From contig NW_021829888.1 in assembly GCF_006345805.1 (NCBI RefSeq), positions 1-34,764 on the forward strand: a DNA stretch of 34,764 nt. The letters are read 5' to 3'. Made by a program: the position numbers and the translations under genes. This DNA is from Octopus sinensis (lineage: Eukaryota). Within the stretch, counting starts at the first letter, position 1; each line of letters starts with the position of its first letter. Shown here one piece after another: positions 20,846-31,789 of the stretch. The notes under the pieces are model-generated. The model made no database searches and was not told where the DNA came from. It saw only the letters and a program-made list of their open reading frames with translations.

Positions 20846-20931
20846 CACACACATCCCCCGGTCTGAGATTCGAACCCGCGAATTCTCGACCGCGAGTCCG
20901 CTGTTCTAACCACTAAGTTATGTGCCTCCAC
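20846..20931 (-). mobile_element. tRNA-like head of the SINE split by B1
   Basis: Reverse complement GTGGAGGCACATAACTTAGTGGTTAGAACAGCGGACTCGCGGTCGAGAATTCGCGGGTTCGAATCTCAGACC with A- and B-box. Confidence 0.8.
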
Positions 20932-20984
20932 TATTCCGCTTATACTTACCACTATTGTTGCAATCATAGGAACACATAAAACAT

Positions 20985-21330
20985 TGGTTGCAAATGTGTG
21001 TGTGCGTGTGTGTGTGTGAGTGTGTATGTGTGCGTGAGTGTGTGTATGTTTGTTGTGAGTGTGTATGTGTGCGTGTGTGTTTGATGTGTGTGCGTGAGTG
21101 TGTATGTTTGTTGTGAGTGTGTATGTGTGCGTGTGTGTTTGATGTGTGTGCGTGAGTGTGTATGTTTGTTGTTAGTGTGTGTATGTGTGTGTGTGTTTGT
21201 TGTGAGTGAATATATGTGTGCGTGTGTGTTTGTGTTTGTGCTTGATGTGTATGTGTGTATGTGTGCGTGAGTGTGTGTGTGTTTGTTGTGAGTGTGTATT
21301 GTGGCGTGTGTGTTTTTCTTGTGTGTGTGT
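20985..21330. repeat. compound (GT)n microsatellite with longer sub-repeats
   Basis: Directly visible. Confidence 0.9.
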
Positions 21331-21536
21331 AGATGTGGTGTATCTATTGCTCCTTCAGTCATTCTCTATCTCTCTGTCTTCATCATCCCGCCAGACACGC
21401 ATTTTTGAGTCAATCTACGACGTGTGTTTGATTGCTGTTGTGGTCAGTGTGTCATGTGTGTATGCATGCGCGCTCGTAGGCGCGGTTTTGTTGCGTCTGC
21501 TTCTGTGCATGTGCGTAGACTACCAATGATGTTCGT

Positions 21537-21756
21537 GGGTGGCAAAACGTTATCACGCCGGGCGAAATGCTATCCGTATTTCGTCTGCCGTTACGTTCTG
21601 AGTTAAATTCCACCGAGGTCGACTTTGCCTTTCATCCTTTCGGGGTCGATAAATTAAGTACCAGTTACGCACTGGGGTCGACAAAATCGACTTAATCCGT
21701 TTGTCTGTCCTTGTTTGTCCCCTCTGTGTTTAGCCCCTTATGGGTAGTAAAGAAAT
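21537..21756 (+). mobile_element. monomeric, more diverged copy of the 296-704 SINE family
   Basis: Same core and tail ending GTAAAGAAAT; no second unit; no clear TSD found. Confidence 0.85.
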
Positions 21757-22057
21757 GCATATATGTATTATGTAAGCACGTATGTATATGCTTGTATATG
21801 TGGTGTGATGGTGAAGGAGTGTGACGGAATGGGGGGGGAGCGGAAATGGGGCTTGCAGGTCTTGCAGGGCGCATGCGCGAGCGGAAGCGGAAGTGACAGA
21901 CAGAACGCACGTGCGGCATTGACCAGTTGCGCCAGACACGACGAAGACACGACGCGAGCGAGTTGGATAAAGGCGATCCGAGTTCATCTCCGGCCAGGTA
22001 AGACCCAATTACATTTCCATTCCTTTCCTTGTTCTGTTGTACTCTTTTCATACTACA

Positions 22058-22069
22058 AGCTATTTCGGC
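22058..22069 (+). promoter_or_regulatory. putative non-canonical PBS complementary to tRNA-Phe nt 1-12 (family B)
   Basis: ACTACA|AGCTATTTCGGC, identical to the family-A site although the LTR bodies and leaders do not align. Confidence 0.75.
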
Positions 22070-22110
22070 AAATAATCATTCGGTTTCGTAAAAAATAAAA
22101 GTAGAAAATT

Positions 22111-22866
22111 ATGCAGAGTGCTATGGTTTCACGCGAGCCTATAACACCGTTTTGCGGCGACACCGATGTGGTCGCTTGGTTGAAGAGGGTAAAGTTGGTG
22201 GCGAAGCTCCACGGTATAGCTGACCTGGCTAGTTTTATGCCGTTGTATTTGGATGGCCCGGCCTTGGCGTTATATTTAGAGATGGAGGAGACGGACCAAC
22301 TCAGCGAAGATAAAGTGGAGATCTGACTTATGGAGCCCTTCGCGGAAGGAATATTTGAAGCGTACGCTCGGCTGGGTAGAATGAGATGGACCGGACAACA
22401 GGTGGACGTGTTCGCCGGTGAGATTAGAAGGTTGGCTAAACTGGCGGGATATGAGGGAGAGTCGCTAGAACGGACGGTTAGGTTAGCGTTCGTGACCGGC
22501 TTTCCCGACATCATGTCGGTCGAGCTACAGAAGCTCCCGAACGTGCGTTCGATGCCGATGGCCGATATCATATCGCGGGCACGTGTACTGGTTTCGTGCA
22601 GCAGGTTGACGTCGGTAGCAGCGACTGTAACGTCGAAAAGTGGCCCAGCTAGGAGCAACGGAGAGAGGCTGAGGAAAGAACGCGTGCGATCGTTCAAAGG
22701 ACAGTGTTTCCGGTGCCAAGGCCCACACATGGTCCGTGACTGCGCGTCGCCCAAGCCTGAGGTGATTTGCTACCGGTGTCGAGAGCCAGGGCATGTAGCC
22801 AGCGAGTGTCTGCGGGGAAACGGACCGCGGGAGACTACTGCGCCGGTAGTTGTCCCTTTGGATTAG
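22111..22866 (+). pseudogene. gag: B2 gag with one in-frame stop
   Basis: ORFs 22111-22326 and 22330-22866 are in the same frame, separated by TGA at 22324-22326. Confidence 0.92.
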
Positions 22867-22875
22867 TAGCGGCGC
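22815..22875 (+). promoter_or_regulatory. -1 frameshift signal of B2
   Basis: G GGA AAC 22815-22821; stem1 22829-22838 / 22846-22856; loop GCGCCG pairing with CGGCGC 22870-22875. Confidence 0.8.
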
Positions 22876-25600
22876 GTTTATCAACGTTTCCTGTGGTCGA
22901 CATTCTGGTGAAGGGGAAGATGTCGCGAGCCCTGGTGGACACGGGCTGTACAACGACCCTGATGACCACAGAAGTGGCAGAGACGTGGAGTGGAGGAAGC
23001 AGTGTTAGGGCAGTCGACGGAAGAGAAGTGCACTGCGAAGGGGTTACGGATGCGCAGATTGTGGTGCAGGGACTACAGCTGACGTTGCGAGAAATTGTGG
23101 TTGGTCACTTGGTGGACGAGATTGACGTGATGATGGGGATGGATGCAATCACCCGCTTGGGAGGTGTCACCGTCAACGAGGCTGGCGTCACGTTTGGGTT
23201 AGCGGGGAAACCGTGTAGGGCGAGACCACGCACCGACGACAACCGTGAAGAAAAGGATGCGGCGCACACCATTGAAGACCAGGATTTTCGGGTTGTCTTT
23301 GATGGCAAGAGGTGGACAGTGGAGTGGCACTGGAAGGGAGAGCCCCCGATGTTAAAGAATAAAGTGGGCTGCTAGCAGCATACTCTAAAAGGAGATGCCA
23401 GAAGTGAGTTCGAGGGGGAAGTGGAGCGGTGGATTAAGGAGGGCATACTGATCCCTTGGGAAAAAGAAGAGAGCGGAGTCCTGCCACTGATGGGTGGTGA
23501 TACAGCCCACAAAGCGTAAGGTCAGGCCAGTGCTCGACTTCCGAGAGCTGAATGACCACGTGTCGTGTCATACAGGCGGCGAGGCCACGGATGTCTGCGG
23601 AGACACCTTGCGAGAGTGGAGGCAGACGACGGGGGCCTCCACGATTGTCGATTTGAAGTCGGCATACCTTCAGGTGCATGTGGCTCAGAAACTATGGAAG
23701 TACCAGCTCGTCAGGTATAGGGGCCGGACGTACTGTCTGACCAGGTTGGGATTCGGGCTAAATTCAGCGCCGAAGATTATGGCAACAATTCTCAAGGCCA
23801 TCCTGGGGAAGGTGGACAGAGTAAAAAGGGCCACCAATTCATACATCGACGACATTCTGGTAGATGAAACCGTGATACCAGCAACGGAGGTCATAGGCCA
23901 CCTGAAGAGTTTTGGACTGATTGCCAAACCGCCAGAGGCTATGGAGGGAGGTGCTGCACTGGGCCTCAAGCTATGGAGAGACAAGGCCGGCGCCTTGGTG
24001 TTCCGGCGAGGAAATGAGGTCCCTGAACTGGGCGCCAGCATGAGTAGACGGGAACTGTTCTCTGTGTGTGGGAAGCTGGTGGGACACTACCCGATTGCAG
24101 GCTGGCTCCGGACAGCATGTAGCTTCATCAAGAGACGAGCCGAAAGAGTGAAGTGGAATGATAAAGTGGGGGAGAGGAAAATCGACATGATGCAGGAAGT
24201 CTTGGTCAGAGTAGGAGCAGAGGACCCGGTGAGGGGCAGCTGGTATGTTCCCAAATCAAAGAGCGGGATCGTATGGTGTGACGCCAGTAGCATCGTAATA
24301 GGGGTTGTCTTGGAAGTGGGAGGTGTCACGGTGGAAGATGCGGCCTGGCTCAGGAAGATGGATGACTGCAATCATATCAACGTGGCGGAGTTGGATGCCG
24401 TGCTGAAGGGGGTGAACCTAGCCTTGAAGTGGGGGTTGCACACCATAGAAATCAGGACTGATTCGGCCACCGTACTTTGTTGGGCGACAGCTGTCATCAC
24501 CGATGAGCGGAGGGTGGTAAAGCGTCGATTATGAATACTGCGTGAACTAACCACTGAGTTCAATCTGAAGCTGAGCGTGATCTTTGTGCCTTCCGAGAAG
24601 AACAGGGCAGACGTCCTGACCAGGGTAAAGCGAGCCTGGTTGCTGGTGCCAGAGGATGCGAAGCAGGCTGTAGCTGTAGTATGCCGTCTGAGCGACTCGG
24701 AGTTACGGAGACTACACACCATGCATCACATGGGTGTGGACAGGACATTGTTCCTAGCCAAAAAGTTTGACTCCGACGTAACAAGACAGAGCGTGCAGAG
24801 AGTGGTTAGCAGTTGTGACAGGTGCCAGTCCATCGACCCTGCTCCGGTCGTGCATGAAGCGGGAAGTATTCCAGTGGACCAGGACTGGAGACGACTGGCG
24901 GTGGACATAACACACTACCGGCAGGGGACATACCTCTCAATGGTTGACTGCGGACCGGGGCGGTTCGCCATATGGAGGGAGATGAAGTCGGGAACCGCAG
25001 AAGAAATTGTGAAAGTGTTGAATGAGATATTCCTGGAACGAGGCCCCGTGGATGAACTGCTTCTGGACAATGGCACTGCGTTTCGCTCGGATGTGCTGAG
25101 AGAAATGCTTGATGAGTGCAAGGTCAACCGCTTCTTCAGGGCGGCATACCGGCCAAGTGGAAACGGGGTGGTGGAAAGGCATCATCGTACCATCAAGGCC
25201 ATGGCAGAGAGGGGTCACATTTCACCAGTCGAGGCCGTGTTTTGGTACAATATGTCGCCCAGATCAGGACAGGCTGAGGAGTCGGTGCCACACAGGGCAA
25301 TATTCAGGTACGAGTGGAGGCATCCGTGTACTACATCAATGCGATCCTGGTCAGAGGAAGAGCACGCCTTCGTGCAGGTCGGGGAGGAAGTCTGGGTAAA
25401 ACCCCCAAACGCACGGTGTACATAGCAATGGGGAAAGGGGACAATAACCTCCGTAAATTCAAAGAATAACATCTCGGTCGATGGTAGCAAAACACCAGGA
25501 ACAAGTCCTAGGGTCGCACTGCGACCACAGAGGGAGCGGCACCCTCCTCCCTGGTTGGCTGATTATGAAACCAGTTTCAGGTGCGGGAGTGAGTGAGGAA
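22822..25600 (+). pseudogene. pol: B2 pol (PR-RT-RNase H-IN), disrupted
   Basis: ORF pieces 22767-23375, 23494-24534, 24577-25425; TAG at 23373-23375; deletion near 25487 relative to B1. Confidence 0.93.
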
Positions 25601-26050
25601 GCCGGTTCAGTGATCTGTAGATCAGGGGGGCGTGTGGTGTGTGGTGAAGGATTGTGACGAATGGGGGGGAGCGGAAGTGGGGCTTGCAGGTCTTGCAGGG
25701 CGCATGCGCGGGCGGAAGCGGAAGTGAAAGACAGAACGCACGTGCGGCATTGACCAGTTGCGCCAGACACGATGAAGACACCGAGAAGACACAACGTGAG
25801 CGAGTTGGCTAAAGGCGATCCGAGTTCATCTCCGGCCAGGTAAGATCCAATTACATTTCCATTCCTTTCCTTGTTCTGTTGTACTCTTTTCACCATTCAT
25901 ACTACAGTATATATATGTATGTATGCATGTATGTATGTATGTATGTAGTATGTATGTATGTAAGTATGTATGTATGTATGTGCGTGTGTGTGTATGTATG
26001 TATGTACGCATGAATGTATTTGAGCATGTATGTATTTGCATGTGTGTATG

Positions 26051-26395
26051 TACGAAGGGTTACTCAAAAGAAACTGGAATTTTGCAATATTATTTTATTC
26101 GCTTAGTTTCATGTTTACACTTTTATCGTCTTCAAAGTATTCTCCATTTAAAGAAATGCATTGGTCCAGGCGCACTTTACACTTTTCGAAACAGTGCTGG
26201 AATTCTTGCGAAGCAATGCTTTTTAACGCCTCCGTTGCTTTTTTTTTTTTTATACTTCGTCCACGTCTGCAAAACGTTTACCGTTAAGGACGTTTTTTAT
26301 TTAGATGAACAAAAAGAAGTCTCAGGGACGAAGATCGAGTGAATGAATAGAGAGGGTGTGTACGCGCGGTCATGCCATTATTGATCAAAAACTAG
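26051..26395 (-). mobile_element. mariner (Tc1/mariner) transposon 3' fragment
   Basis: Minus strand encodes degenerate D-L-x-P-x-DFFLF...GKRFADVDEV...EALKSIASQEFQHCFEKCKVRLDQCISLNGEYFED, the typical mariner transposase C-terminus; TA plus TIR-like CGAAGGGTTACTCAAAAGAAACTGGAA at 26051. Confidence 0.8.
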
Positions 26396-26434
26396 AATAA
26401 ATCAATCAATCAATCAATCATATACATACATACT

Positions 26435-26506
<72 letters not shown>

Positions 26507-26889
26507 ATACTTATATATATACGTCATATATATATATACATATATATATACATATATATATATACATATATATATATACATATACATATATACTATATAC
26601 ATATATATACATATATATATATATACATATATATACATATATATATACTTATATATACATATATATATATATATACATACATATATATACATTCTTATAT
26701 ATATATCACATATATATACATACACACACACACACATATATATACATACACACACACACATATATATATACATACACACACACACATATATATATATACA
26801 TACACACACATACATATATACATACACACACATATATATACATACACACATACATACATACACACACACACACACATATATATGTACAT

Positions 26890-26920
<31 letters not shown>
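26391..26920. repeat. compound TA/CA microsatellite; left arm of a large palindrome
   Basis: Reverse complement of 27068-27322 plus 28557-28945, including irregular marker motifs. Confidence 0.8.
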
Positions 26921-27067
26921 CTAGGGTCATAATTATGGGTGACAATTTCATATGACACCGCTAGAAAAAACTGCCGTTCAAACCGAAAACTGTGGATCTT
27001 TTCGGTTTGAACGGCAGTTTTTTCTAGCGGTGTCATATGAAATTGTCACCCATAATTATGACCCTAG
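26921..27067. repeat. perfect 69-bp inverted repeat with 9-nt loop (MITE-like hairpin, 147 bp)
   Basis: CTAGGGTCATAATT...CCGAAAA / CTGTGGATC / TTTTCGG...AATTATGACCCTAG; flanked by TA. Confidence 0.95.
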
Positions 27068-27100
<33 letters not shown>

Positions 27101-27322
27101 ACGTATATATATGTGTGTGTGTGTGTCTGTTTATGTATATATATGTGTGTGTGTATGTATGTATGTATGTATATATGTATGTGTGTATGTATATATATGT
27201 GTGTGTGTGTGTGTATGTATATATGTATGTGTGTGTATGTATATATATATATATGTGTGTGTGTATGTATATATATGTGTGTTTGTGTGTGTATGTATAT
27301 ATATGTGTGTGTGTGTATGTAT

Positions 27323-28556
27323 TGTTACGGTTGGCTAGGTGCATTTCTGGTGACCCACATAGGAATAATGGCACCATGATGTCTGGTGAAATGTGACGGG
27401 TTCTTTGTCTAATGGAGGACTGATGGGTTTTGGAATGACCTGTGACCTCGTGTGGTTGATAAGAGGGTCAGTGATAATGTGAAAGAGGAAGACAGATTAA
27501 GGGAATCTAAGAGCAGATGGAGAGGGTATTGACAGTAAGAGAAAAGGGACAGATTAAGGGCTGAGAGCAAATAGAGATAGGGTATAAGCAGTAGGGGACG
27601 GATGGAGAGGCTAAGAGACAGCAGGCGATATAGATAGAGTAAGGAATCAGATAGCAAATAGAAAGGCTAAGAGACAGCAGGCGATATAGATAGGGTATAA
27701 GGACCAGGGCAGTTAGAAAGGGTAAGAGCGATATAGACAGAGGGAGATGAGGGGAGTGGAAGAAGGACAGGGACGAAGTGAGGTCTGGCAGTCGTTGAGC
27801 GGTCGTCGAGGAACACAGACGGATCTTGGAGTTGGAGTCGGTCGTCGAAGAAGGACAGTCGGATTCTGGAAATCAGAGCGAGTAGGTGGAAACTTAGGAG
27901 CAAGCAAGTTGGGATGCAGGAGTTTTGGCAGGCTGGATTTAGCAGTATTGAGGGATGAGTGCAGAATGGGACACTGGCGATTCAGTTAGGAATTAAGGTA
28001 TGTGATTGTGTATTGATACGTGTCACGATGTAAAAGAAAAGAAGAGAAAGAAGAGAGAAAAAGAAGGACTCTGTCGATGTAGTCGATAAAGAACATTGTG
28101 AATTGAGTAAAGGACTTGTTGAATTGTAACGTGAATTGTTGTGATACGAACATTGTATAATGTATCGAAGTGTTCTGATTGGACTGTGACGTATCGTGAA
28201 CATTATTTGATCTGGACTTGTTGTGTCGTTACTGAACACTGTTATACTGTTACATGCATGTTGTTAAATGCTTTGATCTGTGGTATACCGTATGATGTAT
28301 TGATTTGTTGTTTGCCTTAAATGCTTTGATGTTGTAACAATTGTAATTGTCGTATAAACTGTTGTTTGAATATAAGCCAGTGTTGCCAGTTGTTGCCTTG
28401 CCTCTTTGGGTTGTATCTCGGGTTGTGCCTCTGTATCTCTGTGCTGTTGAGGTTGTGGCAGTATCTATCTGTATCTCCTCTCTCCGCCTCTTTGGGTTCC
28501 GTGGCGGAACTTGTGTGAGCCGTTCGGGACGGGCGACGACGGGTGATTCCGTAACA
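27323..28556. mobile_element. solo LTR (1234 bp) of a third, unrelated family
   Basis: Ends TGTTACGG...CCGTAACA (8-bp terminal inverted repeat), GTAT on both flanks (27319-27322 / 28557-28560, weak within a microsatellite), non-coding interior. Confidence 0.7.
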
Positions 28557-28914
28557 GTATATATATATGTGTGTGTGTATGTATATATATGTGTGTGTAT
28601 GTATATATATGTGTGTGTATGTATATATATATGTGTGTGTGTGTGTATGTATATATATATGTGTGTGTGTATGTATATATATGTGTGTGTGTGTGTGTAT
28701 GTATATATATGTGATATATATATATAAGTATGTATATATATGTATTTATATATATATATGTATATATAAGTATATATATATGTATATATATATATGTATA
28801 TATATATGTATATATATGTATATATATATGTATATATATATATATGTACATATATATATAAGTATGTTTATATAATATATATATATATATATATATAAGT
28901 ATGTATGTATATAA

Positions 28915-30686
28915 TTGATTGATTGATTGATTGATTCTAGTTTCAGCTCATGAGCTGTGGCCATGCTGGGGCACCGCCATTTGGTGTTGCTACTTGGTTT
29001 TACTTCACTAAAGCTTTTTAGCAACTGCCATTTGGTGCATGAGAGAGTTCGATGCAGCTGCCCTCATCTGCACCTCCTGCCGTGAAGTTGGTTCATCTGG
29101 GACACCTGACAGGAAGAGATCCAGTTTCATTTTAAAGACATCTGCATCCACCCCATGCAGGTCTCTCAGGTTCTTCGGGAGGATATTGAAGAGCTGTGGG
29201 CCTCGGAAGCCCAGGCTATCACAGTATCTTGTCCTACATCTTGATGGCAAATTTGGAGTCCTAGGCACCACGCAGTGGCGCCCAGTTCTGGCATTCGTGT
29301 AACTCTCGATGCCAAAGTTTGGGACACGTCCCTCCAGGATCTTCCAGATGTATATTATGGCATATCTTTCCCGCCTACGCTCCAAGGAATATAGTTTTAA
29401 TCTCTTGAGTCTTTCCCAGTAGCTTACGTTCTGCATAGAGGCTATCTTCTTCGTGTAGCTACGCTGGATCGCCTCGAGCTCTGTGATCAACTTGACACTG
29501 GATGGTGACCATAACTGAGAGCAATAGTCAAAGTGGCTTAGGACAACAGTCCTCCAGAGGACCATCATGGTTTCTTGTTCTCTTGTTCTAAAGGTTCTGA
29601 GAATCCATCCGGCCAGTAGTCTACATTTCATTGCCAATTTAGCAACATGTACACGAAAGGTTGCGTCATCACTCATGTAAATACCCAGGTCACGCACTGA
29701 TTGTGCCTCTGGGATTGCTATTCCTCCGGGTCCAGTGTATTCATTGGGTATTGCATTTAGTTTTGCATGCTGATAGTATAAAGCTTGAAACTTTTCAGCA
29801 TTGAACTGCATGCTATTCTTTTCAGCCCACTTGTATATTTTGTCCAGCTCACATTGCAGGTGTTTAGTGTCCTCAGGGTTCTGTATTGCCTGTGAAACTT
29901 TTGTATCATCTGCATAACTTGTGATCGTGGCTCTCTGCGTGGCTGAGGGCATGTCTGAGAGGGCCATTATGAACAGTAGTGGTCCCAGAACAGTGCCCTG
30001 CGGAACACCGCTCACTATTTGCGTGTTAATGGAAGTGGCCCCATTGGCTACTACCACCTGACTTCTATCTTTCAGAAAGTCATGAAGCCATTCTCCCAGT
30101 TTTCCAACTATGTTGAGATCACGCAGTTTGTGACATATTCCATGATCGACTTTATCAAAGGCCTTTGCAAAGTCGAGATATATCACTTCCACATCTGAGT
30201 GGTTGAGCAGCCGTTTCAGCACCCAGTCATAGTGTTGTAGGAGCTGAGTTAAACAGCTTCTCCCTGGTTGGAAACCATGTTGGGTGTCGAGCAGCAAGTC
30301 ATTCTCTTCAAGGAAGGTGATCAGTTTCCTTCTGACTATTCGTTCCATGACCTTGCTGATGTGTGAGGTCAGAGAGATAGGTCTGTAGTTCTTGGCCTCC
30401 GCTCTGCTACCTCATTTATGAATGGACCTTCCTTCAGTTTTCTTGGAAGTTTGCCAGCTGCAAGGAAGCTCTGAAAGAGGAACTGCAGTGGTCTTGCTAG
30501 GACTCTCTTACATGCTTTTAGGAGGATTGCCGGGAATCCATCGGGACCAGTAGCTGAGACTGTTTTCATTTCATCTATAGCCTTTATTACATCGTCTTCC
30601 TTTATATCGATGTAAACTATCGTCGCCGCCTCTGATTTTATATCTGCAGTGGCAAAGAAGTCAGTTGGATTGGTGATTTGGAGATG
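28915..30686 (-). mobile_element. 5'-truncated CR1-type LINE with (ATCA)n tail
   Basis: RT-coding body, 3' UTR ending GAGCTGAAACTAGAATCAATCAATC; upstream ORF2 piece GPDGFPAILLK at 30369-30686. Confidence 0.9.
29008..30348 (-). CDS. LINE ORF2 reverse-transcriptase domain (446-aa open piece of a truncated element)
   Basis: [47 protein letters not shown] motifs typical of CR1/L2-group RTs. Confidence 0.92.
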   Translation of the reverse strand: MERIVRRKLITFLEENDLLLDTQHGFQPGRSCLTQLLQHYDWVLKRLLNHSDVEVIYLDFAKAFDKVDHGICHKLRDLNIVGKLGEWLHDFLKDRSQVVVANGATSINTQIVSGVPQGTVLGPLLFIMALSDMPSATQRATITSYADDTKVSQAIQNPEDTKHLQCELDKIYKWAEKNSMQFNAEKFQALYYQHAKLNAIPNEYTGPGGIAIPEAQSVRDLGIYMSDDATFRVHVAKLAMKCRLLAGWILRTFRTREQETMMVLWRTVVLSHFDYCSQLWSPSSVKLITELEAIQRSYTKKIASMQNVSYWERLKRLKLYSLERRRERYAIIYIWKILEGRVPNFGIESYTNARTGRHCVVPRTPNLPSRCRTRYCDSLGFRGPQLFNILPKNLRDLHGVDADVFKMKLDLFLSGVPDEPTSRQEVQMRAAASNSLMHQMAVAKKL

Positions 30687-30891
30687 TATATATACATAGA
30701 CACACACACACACAAACACACATATATATACATACACACACATATATATATATATATACATACACACACACACGCATATATACATACACACACACACACA
30801 TATATATATATACGTACACACACACACATATATATATATACATACACACACACACATATATATACATACACACACATATATATACATACAC

Positions 30892-31138
30892 CCTGTGTCA
30901 TCCATGTTTTTAACCGTTACTGTCTCCAAAAAAGATTTTTCGTTTCATGTTCGTCTCTGTTGCGTTGCATTCCTTCCTTCTGTGGCTGGCTGATTCGGAG
31001 CGGATCTCAGAATTGAACGGCCGAAATCTGCGATGAGGTATCAGTTTCTGACTGAAGAATGAAGGCTTTGAATGACCCGTTTGTCTTTTTGTTCGTCCCT
31101 TCGTGTATTTCACGTTATTTCTTTATGTAAAGGTTATG
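30892..31138. repeat. ~200-bp non-coding core repeated four times (also 33144-33340, 33764-33960, 34388-34634), each followed by TA/TG microsatellite
   Basis: Near-identical TTCGTCTCTGTTGCGTTGCATT...GGATCTCAGAATTGAACGGCCG...TTTATGTAAA blocks in the same orientation. Confidence 0.9.
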
Positions 31139-31450
31139 TGTTTAAGTATATATATGTGTGTTTGTGTGTGTGTGTGTGTATGTATATATATGTGTGTGTG
31201 TGTATGTATATATATGTGTGTGTGTGCATGTATATATATGTGTGTGTGTGTGTGTATATATGTGTGTGTATGTATATATATATATATATATATGTTATTA
31301 TTTATTTATGTAAAGGTTTATTATATACATATATATATATGTGTGTGCATGTATATATATATATATGTTATTATTTATTTATCTAAAGGTTTATTATATA
31401 CATATATATATATATATGTATGTGTGTATGTATATATATGTGTGTGTGTA

Positions 31451-31497
<47 letters not shown>

Positions 31498-31576
31498 GTT
31501 ATTATTTATTTATGTAAAGGTTTATTATATACATATATATATATATATATGTATGTGTGTATGTATATATAAATAA

Positions 31577-31765
31577 TTTTCAGATACTCTATCTTCTAAT
31601 TAGCCTTAAGATTAAATAACGTTTTTACCCACACCTTAATATTGTTAATATATTTTCAGATACTCTATCCTCTAATTAGCCTTAAGATTAAATAACGTTT
31701 TTACCCACAAACTTTAATATTGTTAATATATTTTCAAATACTCTATCTTCTAATTAGCCTTAATA
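31577..31765. repeat. AT-rich 76-78-bp tandem repeat, ~2.4 copies
   Basis: TTTTCAGATACTCTATC... starts at 31577, 31653, 31731. Confidence 0.9.
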
Positions 31766-31789
31766 TCTTCTTGTCTTCTCTCGAACATA

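Larger units (their letters stand above)
21799..25906 (+). mobile_element. family-B Ty3/gypsy-like LTR retrotransposon copy B2 (4108 bp), coding-defective
   Basis: LTRs 21799-22057 and 25633-25906 (about nine substitutions plus indels apart), 5-bp TSD GTATA (21794-21798 / 25907-25911), PPT AGATCAGGGGGGCG before the 3' LTR. Confidence 0.95.

Noticed and set aside
31020-31100. Hammerhead ribozyme (Penelope-like) in the 4-copy core, prompted by CTGAAGA
   Set aside because: No stem II followed by GAAA and no closing stems could be found on either strand.
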